The notes under the pieces are model-generated. The model was given only the letters and a program-made list of their open reading frames with translations, searched no databases and was not told where the DNA came from. From positions 1-64,000 of the IMG/VR virus record IMGVR_UViG_3300031519_000013: a DNA stretch of 64,000 nucleotides. The stretch is one strand, 5' to 3'. Shown here one piece after another: positions 26,512 through 35,988 of this stretch. This DNA is from a virus (lineage: Duplodnaviria > Caudoviricetes). Numbering within the stretch: position 1 is the first letter of the stretch; each line of letters starts with the position of its first letter. The position numbers and the translations under genes are program-made.

Positions 26512-27115
26512 TGCCGAAAAAACTATGGCATATGTTGCCAGAGTTTCTAATCCAAACAATCAAGACAATGAAAAATATGCAGGACTTCTAGGTTACTGCA
26601 TCAAGCATCACCATTGGTCTGTGTTTGAGCAAGCATACATGACACTGGAACTGACTACCACCAGAGGGTTGGCAGCTCAGGTTCTACGTCACCGTTCATT
26701 TACATACCAAGAATTTTCACAACGCTATGCTGATAGTTCCTTATTGGCACCACAGATCCCTGTTCCGAAACTGCGAAGGCAAGATAAAAAGAATCGTCAG
26801 AATTCTACGGACGATTTGGATGACTTTCATAAGCAAGAGTTTGAGATAGCTATTGAAAGGCACTTTGCTTCTGCGATGGATCTATATCAAACCATGCTTG
26901 ATCATGGAGTGGCAAAGGAGTGTGCTCGTTTTGTCCTCCCTTTGGCAGTACCAACAAAAATCTATATGACAGGCTCATGTAGGTCATGGATCCATTATAT
27001 CCAATTGCGAACAGCAAATGGTACACAACAAGAGCACATGGATCTTGCTAATGATTGTAAGAAGATCTTTATTGAACAGTACCCTACTGTTGCCGAAGCA
27101 TTAGAATGGAAGTAA
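26480..27115 (+). CDS. thyX: FAD-dependent thymidylate synthase
   Basis: HWSVFE, RHRSFTYQEFSQRY, ARFVLP motifs. Confidence 0.95.
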   Translation: MNARLITATPDAEKTMAYVARVSNPNNQDNEKYAGLLGYCIKHHHWSVFEQAYMTLELTTTRGLAAQVLRHRSFTYQEFSQRYADSSLLAPQIPVPKLRRQDKKNRQNSTDDLDDFHKQEFEIAIERHFASAMDLYQTMLDHGVAKECARFVLPLAVPTKIYMTGSCRSWIHYIQLRTANGTQQEHMDLANDCKKIFIEQYPTVAEALEWK

Positions 27116-27609
27116 TCGATAATTTTTTACCAAGGGATATTCACGAAGAATTGGTAGAACGTTTATGTTTCAACTCGAACATGCCATTATACTTTCAACA
27201 ATGGGTATCTCATCCACCAGAATTAGAAACGAATAATGAACTGTGGAATTGGTATGCCACTCATGAGTTCTACAATCATGATAGACCCATGAGTGAATAC
27301 TGTTCAAAGATGGTTATCACCTTCGGTGACAGGATTCCTAATCTTAAATCTCTCATGAGGATTAAATTAAATTTCTATCCACATACAGAGACTTTGAGAG
27401 AACATGGACAGCATGTTGATTATGACTTTCCATCCCATGCTGCCATCTATTCACTGAATACTTGTAACGGTTTTACCAGATTGCAAGATGGAACAAAGGT
27501 AGATAGTATAGCAAATAGATTACTAATCTTTGATGGTAGTGAAATGCATAACTCATCTACTACAACAGATCAAAAAGGTAGGTACAATATTAATTTCAAC
27601 TACCTTTAA
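27106..27609 (+). CDS. 2OG-Fe(II) oxygenase-like protein
   Basis: HVD (HxD), distal H and RYNINFN. Confidence 0.7.
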   Translation: MEVIDNFLPRDIHEELVERLCFNSNMPLYFQQWVSHPPELETNNELWNWYATHEFYNHDRPMSEYCSKMVITFGDRIPNLKSLMRIKLNFYPHTETLREHGQHVDYDFPSHAAIYSLNTCNGFTRLQDGTKVDSIANRLLIFDGSEMHNSSTTTDQKGRYNINFNYL

Positions 27610-27635
27610 TAAATATTCACACATTATGTAAATTT

Positions 27636-27884
27636 ATGGCAACGTATCCTGTAAAAAACAAAGAAACTGGCGAGACAAAAGATGTTGTAATGAGCGTACA
27701 TGCATGGGATGATTGGATCAAAGAGAATCCTGACTGGGAAAGGTACTACACACCAGATAATGCTCCTGGGTTTGGTGAGGTAGGAGAGTGGAAAGATAAA
27801 CTTAGGGTTACTAAACCTGGTTGGAATGAAGTCCTATCAAAAGTACAGAAAGCACCTTCGGCCCTTCAAACATTTAAACTTTAA
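27636..27884 (+). CDS. Conserved T4-like hypothetical protein
   Basis: 82-aa ORF after TAAATA. Confidence 0.65.
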   Translation: MATYPVKNKETGETKDVVMSVHAWDDWIKENPDWERYYTPDNAPGFGEVGEWKDKLRVTKPGWNEVLSKVQKAPSALQTFKL

Positions 27885-27893
27885 GTCTTAATT

Positions 27894-28649
27894 ATGCCTA
27901 GAAGAAAGAAAACGGATGATCCAATTGGAGTAGGTCTAACTGCAAAGCAAATGCGTCGTAAGAAACCACTTAACACGGATCTACTGGTTGATATTGAACC
28001 ACTCACAGATAATCAAGAAAGATTTTTTGCTGATTACAAATCAGGTAAGCATCTGTTTGCATATGGATGTGCAGGTACAGGTAAGACATTCATTGCCCTC
28101 TATAATGCCCTGAGAGAGGTTCTTTCTGGCGAAACACAGTACGAGAAGATCTACATCGTTAGGTCTCTTGTAGCGACCAGAGAGATTGGTTTCCTGCCTG
28201 GTGATCATGAAGACAAGTCATCTCTTTATCAGATTCCTTACAAGAATATGGTAAAATATATGTTCGAGTTGCCATCTGAATCCGATTTCGAGATGCTGTA
28301 TGGCAATTTGAAAACCCAAGGCACCGTTAGTTTTTGGTCCACGTCATTCATTCGTGGTACTACCTTTGATAATGCTATTGTGATTGTTGATGAGTGCCAG
28401 AACCTCAACTTCCACGAACTTGATTCTATTATTACTCGCATTGGTGAGAATAGTAAGATCTTATTCTGTGGTGATGGGGTTCAATCCGATCTGACTAAGA
28501 CTCATGAGAGAAATGGGATCTCCGATTTCACTCGTATCCTTACAAAAATGGAATCGTTCTCTCTGATTGAATTTGGTATCGAAGATATCGTTCGTTCTGG
28601 TCTGGTCAAAGAATACATCCTCGCTAAGAACGCAATTGGTTTAGTATGA
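27894..28649 (+). CDS. phoH: PhoH-family ATPase
   Basis: GCAGTGKT Walker A, GFLPG, RGTTF, DECQN, GDGVQSDL motifs. Confidence 0.93.
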   Translation: MPRRKKTDDPIGVGLTAKQMRRKKPLNTDLLVDIEPLTDNQERFFADYKSGKHLFAYGCAGTGKTFIALYNALREVLSGETQYEKIYIVRSLVATREIGFLPGDHEDKSSLYQIPYKNMVKYMFELPSESDFEMLYGNLKTQGTVSFWSTSFIRGTTFDNAIVIVDECQNLNFHELDSIITRIGENSKILFCGDGVQSDLTKTHERNGISDFTRILTKMESFSLIEFGIEDIVRSGLVKEYILAKNAIGLV

Positions 28650-29329
28650 CCTTCATTCATAATAATTATCTCGGTGACATTGAACTCAACAAAAAAGAAA
28701 CACCCGGTTGCAGACTATATCAAGTCCCAAATGGCGACTGGGTTCCTTCTATTACTTCTGTCACTTCTTTCTATAATCGCGAGATTTTTGTCAAGTGGCG
28801 CAAACGAATTGGAGAAGAGGAAGCTAACAAAATTACGAGAAAAGCAACTGCCCGTGGAACTGATTACCATGAGGTTGCACAAGCATACTTAGAGAATAAG
28901 GAATTGAATTGGGACGATTACCGCCCCTTATCTAAGTTGATGTTTCACCATAGCAAACCATATCTAGATAAGATAAATAATATACATGCTATTGAACGCA
29001 CTCTCTTTTCTGAGTACCTTGGATTAGCCGGAAGAGTTGATTGTATTGCCGAATACGAAGGCGAACTAGCTATCATAGACTTTAAAACATCAGAAAAAAT
29101 CAAACCAGAGAAGTGGTTGGAAAACTATTTCGTTCAGGAAACTGCATATGCTTGTATGTACTATGAGATGACTGGCATTCCAGTTACTAAACTCATTACT
29201 ATTATGGTTACTCCTGGTGGAGATGTCAAAGTATTTGACAAAAGGAACAAAGAAGAGTATATTGTACTTCTAGTTCGTTATATTAAGGAATTTGTCACCA
29301 ACAATTTATCTCACGCCAATGCCAAATGA
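28646..29329 (+). CDS. PD-(D/E)xK exonuclease
   Basis: PSITSV, RGTDYH, AGRVDC, IIDFKTS, Q..AYA motifs. Confidence 0.85.
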   Translation: MTFIHNNYLGDIELNKKETPGCRLYQVPNGDWVPSITSVTSFYNREIFVKWRKRIGEEEANKITRKATARGTDYHEVAQAYLENKELNWDDYRPLSKLMFHHSKPYLDKINNIHAIERTLFSEYLGLAGRVDCIAEYEGELAIIDFKTSEKIKPEKWLENYFVQETAYACMYYEMTGIPVTKLITIMVTPGGDVKVFDKRNKEEYIVLLVRYIKEFVTNNLSHANAK

Positions 29330-29576
29330 ACTAGACGAAGCATTTCAGAAAAAGTTTATGGTTCCTGCTCAATTTGCGCAGGAAATAGAAAAACTTGTGC
29401 AAGAAAATAGAGAACTGAATTACATTGATGCTATCGTCGTGTTCTGTGAAAAAAATAGTATTGAACTTGAATCAGTGCCTAAATTATTATCAAAGCCATT
29501 AAAAGAAAAACTTAAATTTAATGCTACCGAGTTGAATTTTCTTAAACGAAGTTCCCGAGCAAAACTACCTATCTAA
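29319..29576 (+). CDS. gp33: Late transcription co-activator gp33
   Basis: F..EIEKLV, YIDAIVVFCEKN, LKEKLK..A.ELNFLK pattern; position before gp59/gp32. Confidence 0.85.
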   Translation: MPNELDEAFQKKFMVPAQFAQEIEKLVQENRELNYIDAIVVFCEKNSIELESVPKLLSKPLKEKLKFNATELNFLKRSSRAKLPI

Positions 29577-29577
29577 G

Positions 29578-29802
29578 ATGAACCGAAAGCAGGACCCCGA
29601 TGATTATTGGTTCGATTGGACAATGGGTATAGATGAAATTCGTATGTTTCATAATCACCTATGCTATGCAGTCCAAACTTGGCCTGGTTCACCTGCTCGT
29701 CCTCCGGAAGAACAAGAGTTTCTTAAATTCATGAAGCAAAAAACTTTTGCCATGCTGATGGAGTATCAACTTGATCAACCCTCAGCGGAAAACGACTTTT
29801 AG
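29578..29802 (+). CDS. Hypothetical protein
   Basis: 74-aa ORF in the operon. Confidence 0.6.
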   Translation: MNRKQDPDDYWFDWTMGIDEIRMFHNHLCYAVQTWPGSPARPPEEQEFLKFMKQKTFAMLMEYQLDQPSAENDF

Positions 29803-29849
29803 TTTCAAAAAAGGGCGATAAAAAATCCCGGCAAAAAATTGCCCTATTA
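29800..29849 (+). repeat. 50-nt dispersed repeat, copy 1
   Basis: 45/50 identical, ungapped, to 48014-48063. Confidence 0.9.
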
Positions 29850-29860
29850 GGTTTTTTATT

Positions 29861-30430
29861 ATGAAATATCGATTAGAGTTAGAACATTTGAAAGAAGGGT
29901 GTCCTGTCATGGTCACTAAACTTCCAAAAGAAATATTAGAAGAGATTGTTTCGTGGGTAAAGTATGGTAGAGAGATCAAAGATCATCCTCTATTCATGCT
30001 CAGAATACATGAGAACTATGGTAAGAATTCATATCAACTCTCTGTTCCTTCTAGGATGGTAGAAGAGTCCTTTTGGTTAGCTCTTACTTTGAGAATGACT
30101 GCTACTCTTTGTGGTGGTCATCATAGAGACTACAAAATCAGAAAGTGGGATGGTCATTTTGATTCATATGATGTCTGGTTGAACTTTTCCTATAAAGGTG
30201 ATCATAATCCTGAACATAAACACACCGGTAGTCTATCTGGTGTGGTATACTGTGAGAATCCTGATCTACATTCGATTTATTTTCCTGAATATGATGTAGA
30301 ATTCTCAGGGGAACCAGGCACCATGATTACATTTCCTAGTCATGTTCTGCATGAAGTCAAAGAGCAATTGACTGACAATGAACGTGTCACAATTGCTTTC
30401 AATATTATTCGTAAAGATGATGCCAATTGA
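29861..30430 (+). CDS. 2OG-Fe(II) oxygenase-like protein
   Basis: NPEHKHTGSLSGVVY, FPSHVLHEV, RVTIAFNI motifs. Confidence 0.75.
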   Translation: MKYRLELEHLKEGCPVMVTKLPKEILEEIVSWVKYGREIKDHPLFMLRIHENYGKNSYQLSVPSRMVEESFWLALTLRMTATLCGGHHRDYKIRKWDGHFDSYDVWLNFSYKGDHNPEHKHTGSLSGVVYCENPDLHSIYFPEYDVEFSGEPGTMITFPSHVLHEVKEQLTDNERVTIAFNIIRKDDAN

Positions 30431-31007
30431 ATGCTATAAGACATATCTTGCGATGAAGCAACACTTCACCAAAGATAGTTACGACTACCTCAAATACTGT
30501 GGTAGAGTGAAAGCATCTGATAATGCTTTTAATAAAAGAAAGGATAGATATTTCTTTGAGAAAATGTCCAGGCAGAAAAATGATAAAGAAATTGAGCAGT
30601 TCTTTGTAGCAAACTTTTCTAGCTGTGATGATCCCCAAAGTCTTTACATGGCAGACATTGTTAAGAACGGAGAAAAAGTATATGTTGCTTGGCAGAAGAA
30701 AAACCAATCACTCTCTTACATGTTTAAGGGTGAGATAGAAGAGGTCTTTGGTGACAAGACCTTTGATGATATGTTTTCTATGAAAGAAAACAGTCACCCG
30801 CAATTAGTCAAAGAATTTTTGAAAGGAAACATATCAATTGAATCATTGATTGTTTTGGATAAGATACTTGGATACAAATCTAAGTTCGATAAGAACATGT
30901 CAGACCCAGTGTGGAAACTGATATCTTACCGTATACACAAGTATTCTCCCTTTCTAAATATTGACGTATTTCGATTTAAAAAAATTTTGAAGGAGATTAT
31001 CCTATGA
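30417..31007 (+). CDS. gp59: Helicase loader gp59
   Basis: Y..YLAMKQHF..YDY..Y.G, F.KRKDRYFFEK, HP.LVK motifs. Confidence 0.88.
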   Translation: MMPIECYKTYLAMKQHFTKDSYDYLKYCGRVKASDNAFNKRKDRYFFEKMSRQKNDKEIEQFFVANFSSCDDPQSLYMADIVKNGEKVYVAWQKKNQSLSYMFKGEIEEVFGDKTFDDMFSMKENSHPQLVKEFLKGNISIESLIVLDKILGYKSKFDKNMSDPVWKLISYRIHKYSPFLNIDVFRFKKILKEIIL

Positions 31008-31342
31008 GTTTCTTCGATTCAGATGTCGTAAGAAAAGAGATGGTAGAGATTCAAGAACTTCAAGAAGAAGTTTATACAAAGGTCTTTGACTTCCCTTTCA
31101 TGGATAAGGAAGATAGAATTGAGCATGTTCAAATGCTTGAAAAACTTCTAGACAAACAACGTGTTCTATACACACGCTTGTCACTCTCCGATGATCCTGA
31201 GGCAAAGTTGATGAAGGAGAACATCGTCAAATCTGCAAAGATGATGGGGATGCCTGAAAATATTGATATGAGCATCGTCTTCTCCAATATGGAAAAGATG
31301 CTTAAAACTATGCGCCAACAGGTTGACAAGGACCTACCTTAG
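31004..31342 (+). CDS. DUF1825-like hypothetical protein
   Basis: FFDSDVVRKE, LYTRLSLSDDPEA pattern. Confidence 0.65.
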   Translation: MSFFDSDVVRKEMVEIQELQEEVYTKVFDFPFMDKEDRIEHVQMLEKLLDKQRVLYTRLSLSDDPEAKLMKENIVKSAKMMGMPENIDMSIVFSNMEKMLKTMRQQVDKDLP

Positions 31343-31352
31343 GTCCTATAAT
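31323..31352 (+). promoter_or_regulatory. Sigma70 promoter of gp32 with a palindromic spacer
   Basis: TTGACA-18nt-TATAAT; AGGACCTA-CCT-TAGGTCCT. Confidence 0.65.
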
Positions 31353-31391
31353 ACCGAAGTACACATAAGCCAAAACTACAAGCCAAATCTA

Positions 31392-32300
31392 ATGTCTTTT
31401 TCTGATCTAAAAAAGCAGTCCCGTCTGGGATCTCTTACCTCTAAGCTAGTTGCTGAGGTAGAGAAGACCAATGTTAAGAGCAACGGTTCCGACGAGAGAC
31501 TGTGGAAACCATCACTCGATAAGAGTGGTAATGGTTATGCCGTAATTCGTTTTCTACCTGCACCTGAGAGTGAGGATATTCCCTGGGCAAAGGTGTACAG
31601 CCATGCTTTCCAAGGTCCTGGTGGATGGTACATTGAGAACTCTCTGACTACTATTGGTCAGAAGGATCCTGTATCTGAGCACAATCGTGACCTCTGGAAC
31701 AGTGGTAATGAAGCGGACAAAGATACTGTCCGTAAGCAGAAGCGTAAGTTGTCCTATTACAGCAACATCTATGTTGTTAAGGACTCAACTAACCCCGAAA
31801 ACGAAGGAAGAGTATTTTTATTCAAATATGGCAAGAAAATCCACGACAAAATCCTTGCTGCTATGCAGCCCGAATTTGAGGACGAAACTCCTATCAATCC
31901 CTTTGACTTCTGGGAAGGTGCGGACTTCAAACTTAAAATCCGCAAATTGGATGGTTACTGGAATTATGACAAGTCAGAGTTTGATTCTGTTGCACCTCTC
32001 CTTGATGACGATGATGCACTTGAAGCAATCTGGAAGAAGCAATACTCCTTAGCAGAGTTTACCTCTCCCGCAAGTTTCAAATCCTATGAGGATCTGGAAC
32101 GTCGCTTGAATCAAGTCCTACGAGTTCAACAACGTCGTGCTGTTGCTGACGAATCTTATGAAGATGAATCAGAAGGTCGTGGTAGTATTACTGCTGACTT
32201 TAACTCATCTGATATCACTCCATCTGCTCCCGTTGTGCAGTCAAAGAATGATGATGAAGATGATGCCCTGAGTTACTTTCAGAAACTCGCTGAGGCATAA
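31392..32300 (+). CDS. gp32: ssDNA-binding protein gp32
   Basis: DERLWKP, GNGYAVIRFLP, WYIENSLTT, NPFDFWEGADFKLKIR, acidic tail. Confidence 0.95.
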   Translation: MSFSDLKKQSRLGSLTSKLVAEVEKTNVKSNGSDERLWKPSLDKSGNGYAVIRFLPAPESEDIPWAKVYSHAFQGPGGWYIENSLTTIGQKDPVSEHNRDLWNSGNEADKDTVRKQKRKLSYYSNIYVVKDSTNPENEGRVFLFKYGKKIHDKILAAMQPEFEDETPINPFDFWEGADFKLKIRKLDGYWNYDKSEFDSVAPLLDDDDALEAIWKKQYSLAEFTSPASFKSYEDLERRLNQVLRVQQRRAVADESYEDESEGRGSITADFNSSDITPSAPVVQSKNDDEDDALSYFQKLAEA

Positions 32301-32960
32301 TTAACCGATGTTGATATTGCTAGCTTTCTTTAATTTATCGTTGATATATTGAGAAGATTGAGAGTAAGTCATTACTCTCTCGATGTCATCTAATACTATA
32401 CCCAAGAAGGCAGGTCTCAAAATGTAGATCTGCCTTCTTTCATTTTGCAGACGTGTTTCATATTGCTCATTGGTTATACCATCAGTTATTTCAGATGCAA
32501 TAACCTCTTTACCCATCGCAACATCTCTATATGTGATAGAGAAGTCCTCATCTACTTGTAATCCTGCTGGAACAATTAAATTATCTGCTTGATCTCTGAC
32601 TTCCTCTGTTTCGTAGTGATGAATCTCATTAGCTCCTACGAGACTACCATACTTATCAATCAAATGATTCTTAAATGAAACATTTGTGAGTGGCCATTCT
32701 TCCCTCACATTAATAATATTATTAACATATAAAATTACCCAATCTAAATCAGGATCTTTAAAGAATTTTTGTGCCACATTGTCTGGTCTCTCATCACCTT
32801 TAATTGTGTAGCGTGTGAATGCAGTGAAGTTCTGAAAGAAATCTTCTCTTACCTTTGCTCTCTTAAAAATATTTTTTACTTCAATGTAATCAGAACTAGA
32901 AACTTTTTCATCTAGTCTTGAAACGTAATTGAAGTTGGGTAGTTGTCTGAAATAACCCAT
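32301..32960 (-). CDS. gp53: Baseplate wedge protein gp53
   Basis: YFRQLPN, ERPDNVA (LysM-like), WVILYVNNI, EWPL motifs. Confidence 0.85.
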   Translation of the reverse strand: MGYFRQLPNFNYVSRLDEKVSSSDYIEVKNIFKRAKVREDFFQNFTAFTRYTIKGDERPDNVAQKFFKDPDLDWVILYVNNIINVREEWPLTNVSFKNHLIDKYGSLVGANEIHHYETEEVRDQADNLIVPAGLQVDEDFSITYRDVAMGKEVIASEITDGITNEQYETRLQNERRQIYILRPAFLGIVLDDIERVMTYSQSSQYINDKLKKASNINIG

Positions 32961-34282
32961 TAGAATCCTGTGCCCTCAGCGCCCTCGTCGTTCTCATAAT
33001 CTATATCGTATATAGGTTCCATCTCACTGAATGAAAATTGTAAACTGTATGCCACAGGAGAACCATCTTCATATGTCATGTATGCACCATCAGGTGTGAA
33101 GTTTACGCCAAGACCAGTGAGCGCACACGGTTTGATTTTGTTTAAGAATGGATGGTTCTGACCTTTGTGTATAAAATTAATAAGGAATACATTTGGTGTA
33201 TATAAGAAGAGAGCACCACCTTTTATCTTAGGTGCCATTGCCTTCTTAAACATTCTAATAATCTGCTTACAACTCTGTGCTTCTGCTTTGTCTCTGGGAG
33301 TCAACTTGTAGTCAAAACTGAACGTTCGTAACTGAGGACCTTTGAACAAAAGTTCCATGTTACTATTCAGAACTGCACCTGTTGTTCTGGTGAGAAGGTT
33401 ACCACCACCAACAATATCCTGAGTAATTTTTGCTCTGAGTGCTTTCTTTGCTTCACTTGCGTTGGCACCTAAGGCACCGCTTGCATTATTAAGAGCATTA
33501 CCTATATCACCTTGAATAGCATTTTGAACTATATCCTGACCAGCTGCTTGGAATGCATTCAAAGTGTCTTCTCCAAAACTCACATTATTCTGTGAAGAAA
33601 TATTCAGTGGCATGGGTAGGATGACTGATCCCACTGGACTTTGATTTTTTAATCTTCCTGATGGTCTTCCACCACCACCTTTTTCAATTATACTTGCTAA
33701 TGCACCCTCTCCTCCGGGGACATATTCAATGATACTAAACTGAACGAAGTCATAGCTACCATCAATTTGACTTGCTGGATACCTTACTGTTGACCCATCA
33801 AGATCTTGAACCTCAGGGGGTTTTTGTACTACTGGTGCTGCTGGTGATGGTGCAGCACTTTCATCTACCTCTGTATCACTACCAGTCGGTGGTACTGGTG
33901 TCGTATCAATGTCTGGTTCTACTGGTATGGTCTTCCCTTTGATACTAATTTTATTTCCATATCCCATGTCTCTTAGGTTTAATCTCTGAGTAGTTGATGC
34001 GTTGTTGTTAATTATTGCTTTATTTTCGTTCTCTACTACACCTTTTACTTTTGATTGCAAATCTTTATTTAAATTTCTACTTCTGCTTCCTGAAAGACCA
34101 AGTAATTCTTTTTGTGCTGTTTGATCTCCACCAGAAAAATTTATATTTCCACCAGAAGCAGAGTCTCCGGATCCAATTATTCTACCTTTACTATCCTTTA
34201 CCGTGTAGGCACCATTTTCCAACTCCGTCTCAACAGTTACTGATTTCCCATTGATGTTTAACTTGGAACTTTTCTTTGCCAC
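32960..34282 (-). CDS. gp48: Baseplate/tail-tube junction protein gp48
   Basis: LPMP, NSNMELLFKGPQLRTFSFDYKLTPR, KPCALT, FSEMEP motifs. Confidence 0.85.
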   Translation of the reverse strand: MAKKSSKLNINGKSVTVETELENGAYTVKDSKGRIIGSGDSASGGNINFSGGDQTAQKELLGLSGSRSRNLNKDLQSKVKGVVENENKAIINNNASTTQRLNLRDMGYGNKISIKGKTIPVEPDIDTTPVPPTGSDTEVDESAAPSPAAPVVQKPPEVQDLDGSTVRYPASQIDGSYDFVQFSIIEYVPGGEGALASIIEKGGGGRPSGRLKNQSPVGSVILPMPLNISSQNNVSFGEDTLNAFQAAGQDIVQNAIQGDIGNALNNASGALGANASEAKKALRAKITQDIVGGGNLLTRTTGAVLNSNMELLFKGPQLRTFSFDYKLTPRDKAEAQSCKQIIRMFKKAMAPKIKGGALFLYTPNVFLINFIHKGQNHPFLNKIKPCALTGLGVNFTPDGAYMTYEDGSPVAYSLQFSFSEMEPIYDIDYENDEGAEGTGF

Positions 34283-34300
34283 AACAATCTTTTTAGTTAT

Positions 34301-34663
34301 TTATCCACGAACGCGAAACTTTTTATATGGAAGGGTGCGGAGTGTTGATAATTCTTCTGCATTAACCCTATACATTGGACCAATAATCTCAGGAAATGTA
34401 TAATTTCTTACCATATTCCAGTGATAATTAAACCCTTTGAATCCCCATCGGGTAATTTCAACGATTTCTACCAGAGGATGTTCATCATATAACAACTCAG
34501 GTGTCTTTGCTTGATATACGAAAGTATAAAATGCACCAACACTATCAGGAGCATACTCTATATCACCAAGAGCCTCCATAATTTTTAGCATCATATCATC
34601 TGGACTCTCAGTACCAACACCTGATCCAATTAATTTTTTTTGTAACTTGGCAAGACGGTTCAT
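34301..34663 (-). CDS. gp2 (DNA end protector)-like protein
   Basis: FYTFVY.AK, YDEHPLV, GFKGFNYHW pattern; synteny with gp4. Confidence 0.55.
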   Translation of the reverse strand: MNRLAKLQKKLIGSGVGTESPDDMMLKIMEALGDIEYAPDSVGAFYTFVYQAKTPELLYDEHPLVEIVEITRWGFKGFNYHWNMVRNYTFPEIIGPMYRVNAEELSTLRTLPYKKFRVRG

Positions 34664-35085
34664 AAACCTAGTTCTTTTTCTGTAATGATCTTAAATTCAT
34701 ACTTACGATCATCACAAAATTCTTGTGCTGCCTTCCATTTTGCTTCATTGACAGCATATGTTTTCATCTCATTAAGATATCTTTTCGACCTCTTCTTGGG
34801 CGGTACAGTCTGTTTAAGCGGTTTAACTTCGATAACGTACCTCTTAATCCCTCCGTTTCTGGTTCTTGTTCTGACATAAAAGTCGGGAAAATAGCGATGA
34901 ACCCTACGATCAAGAGGACTAATGTATGGAATTGCAATTTCTTCACTCCCCCATTCGAGTATATTGCTGTTTCTATCGCACCAATTCATGAATTTTAATT
35001 CCCATAGGGAACGATAAATAATCTTAGTAGGGTCACCTTTATATTTCAAGTAATTACTTGGTTTAAATTTACCCTTATAGTTCAT
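34660..35085 (-). CDS. gp4: Head completion nuclease gp4
   Basis: YRSLWE, WGSEE, HRYFPDF, IEVKP, NEAKW motifs. Confidence 0.9.
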   Translation of the reverse strand: MNYKGKFKPSNYLKYKGDPTKIIYRSLWELKFMNWCDRNSNILEWGSEEIAIPYISPLDRRVHRYFPDFYVRTRTRNGGIKRYVIEVKPLKQTVPPKKRSKRYLNEMKTYAVNEAKWKAAQEFCDDRKYEFKIITEKELGL

Positions 35086-35114
35086 ACATAGTATATAAAG
35101 ACTAAGGTATTTAG

Positions 35115-35954
35115 ATGTCAGGTGCAGTTCCGTTTAGAAATCTAAGCACAAGTGACTTTCTTAGGCGGTTTGGACACCTTGCGCAAACCAGTCAGTTTCG
35201 TGCTGTGTTACAGGTAGGAGTTCTACCATTCACTAAGAATTTTAATCCTCAGGGTGGTAGGTTCTATGATGATCTTAGTTTCATGTGTAATTCTACATCT
35301 CTTCCTGGTTCTAGTTTCTCAACCACTGAGAACTTGCAGGATTACTATGGCATCAATCAAAAGTTTGCATATCGTAGAGACTTTGATGATCTAACTCTTG
35401 ATTTTTATGTTGATGCGAAGTATCAAACTCTAAAATTCTTTGAAACATGGATGGACTATATTTCTAGCACAGGTGATTCATATTCTGTTCAAACAAATGC
35501 AGGTGCAGAATCTGACTCTGCATTTTATAGATTTAGATATCCAAAAGAAATGGGTGGATATAAGTGTAGGATTGATTTGCACAAGTTTGATAAAGATTAT
35601 GATAGAACCAAAAATGATATGCTTTATAGTTTTGTTAATGCATTTCCACTCAGCATCAGTTCCATTCCAGTCTCATATGATGGAAGCGATTTGTTAAAAT
35701 GTAGTGTCACCTTTACATTCGATAGATATTTTACCAACAGGGGTGGTGCTGCGATTCAATCAGATACTCAGTCTAGTTCTAGTTCTAGTTCTGGAACTAA
35801 TGCTCAAAACCCTAGTGCGTCTGGCCCAACAGATACACAGGCTACTACTGGCAGTGATAGATTTGATCTTGATTTCACTGCACCGTTGCAACCAGGCGAT
35901 AGAGCTACATCTTATAAAGGACCAACGAACGGCAATTTCGAACTTGCTAATTAA
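35115..35954 (+). CDS. Tail-tube-fold baseplate protein (gp54-like)
   Basis: C..TSLPG, LTLDFYVD, FFETWMD, NAFP..I, VTFTF pattern. Confidence 0.65.
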   Translation: MSGAVPFRNLSTSDFLRRFGHLAQTSQFRAVLQVGVLPFTKNFNPQGGRFYDDLSFMCNSTSLPGSSFSTTENLQDYYGINQKFAYRRDFDDLTLDFYVDAKYQTLKFFETWMDYISSTGDSYSVQTNAGAESDSAFYRFRYPKEMGGYKCRIDLHKFDKDYDRTKNDMLYSFVNAFPLSISSIPVSYDGSDLLKCSVTFTFDRYFTNRGGAAIQSDTQSSSSSSSGTNAQNPSASGPTDTQATTGSDRFDLDFTAPLQPGDRATSYKGPTNGNFELAN

Positions 35955-35988
35955 CGATAAATAAGAATACTGAATTGTATAAGACATT

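Noticed and set aside
35763-35790. TCTAGT tandem repeat
   Set aside because: Simply encodes a poly-Ser linker in the gp54-like protein
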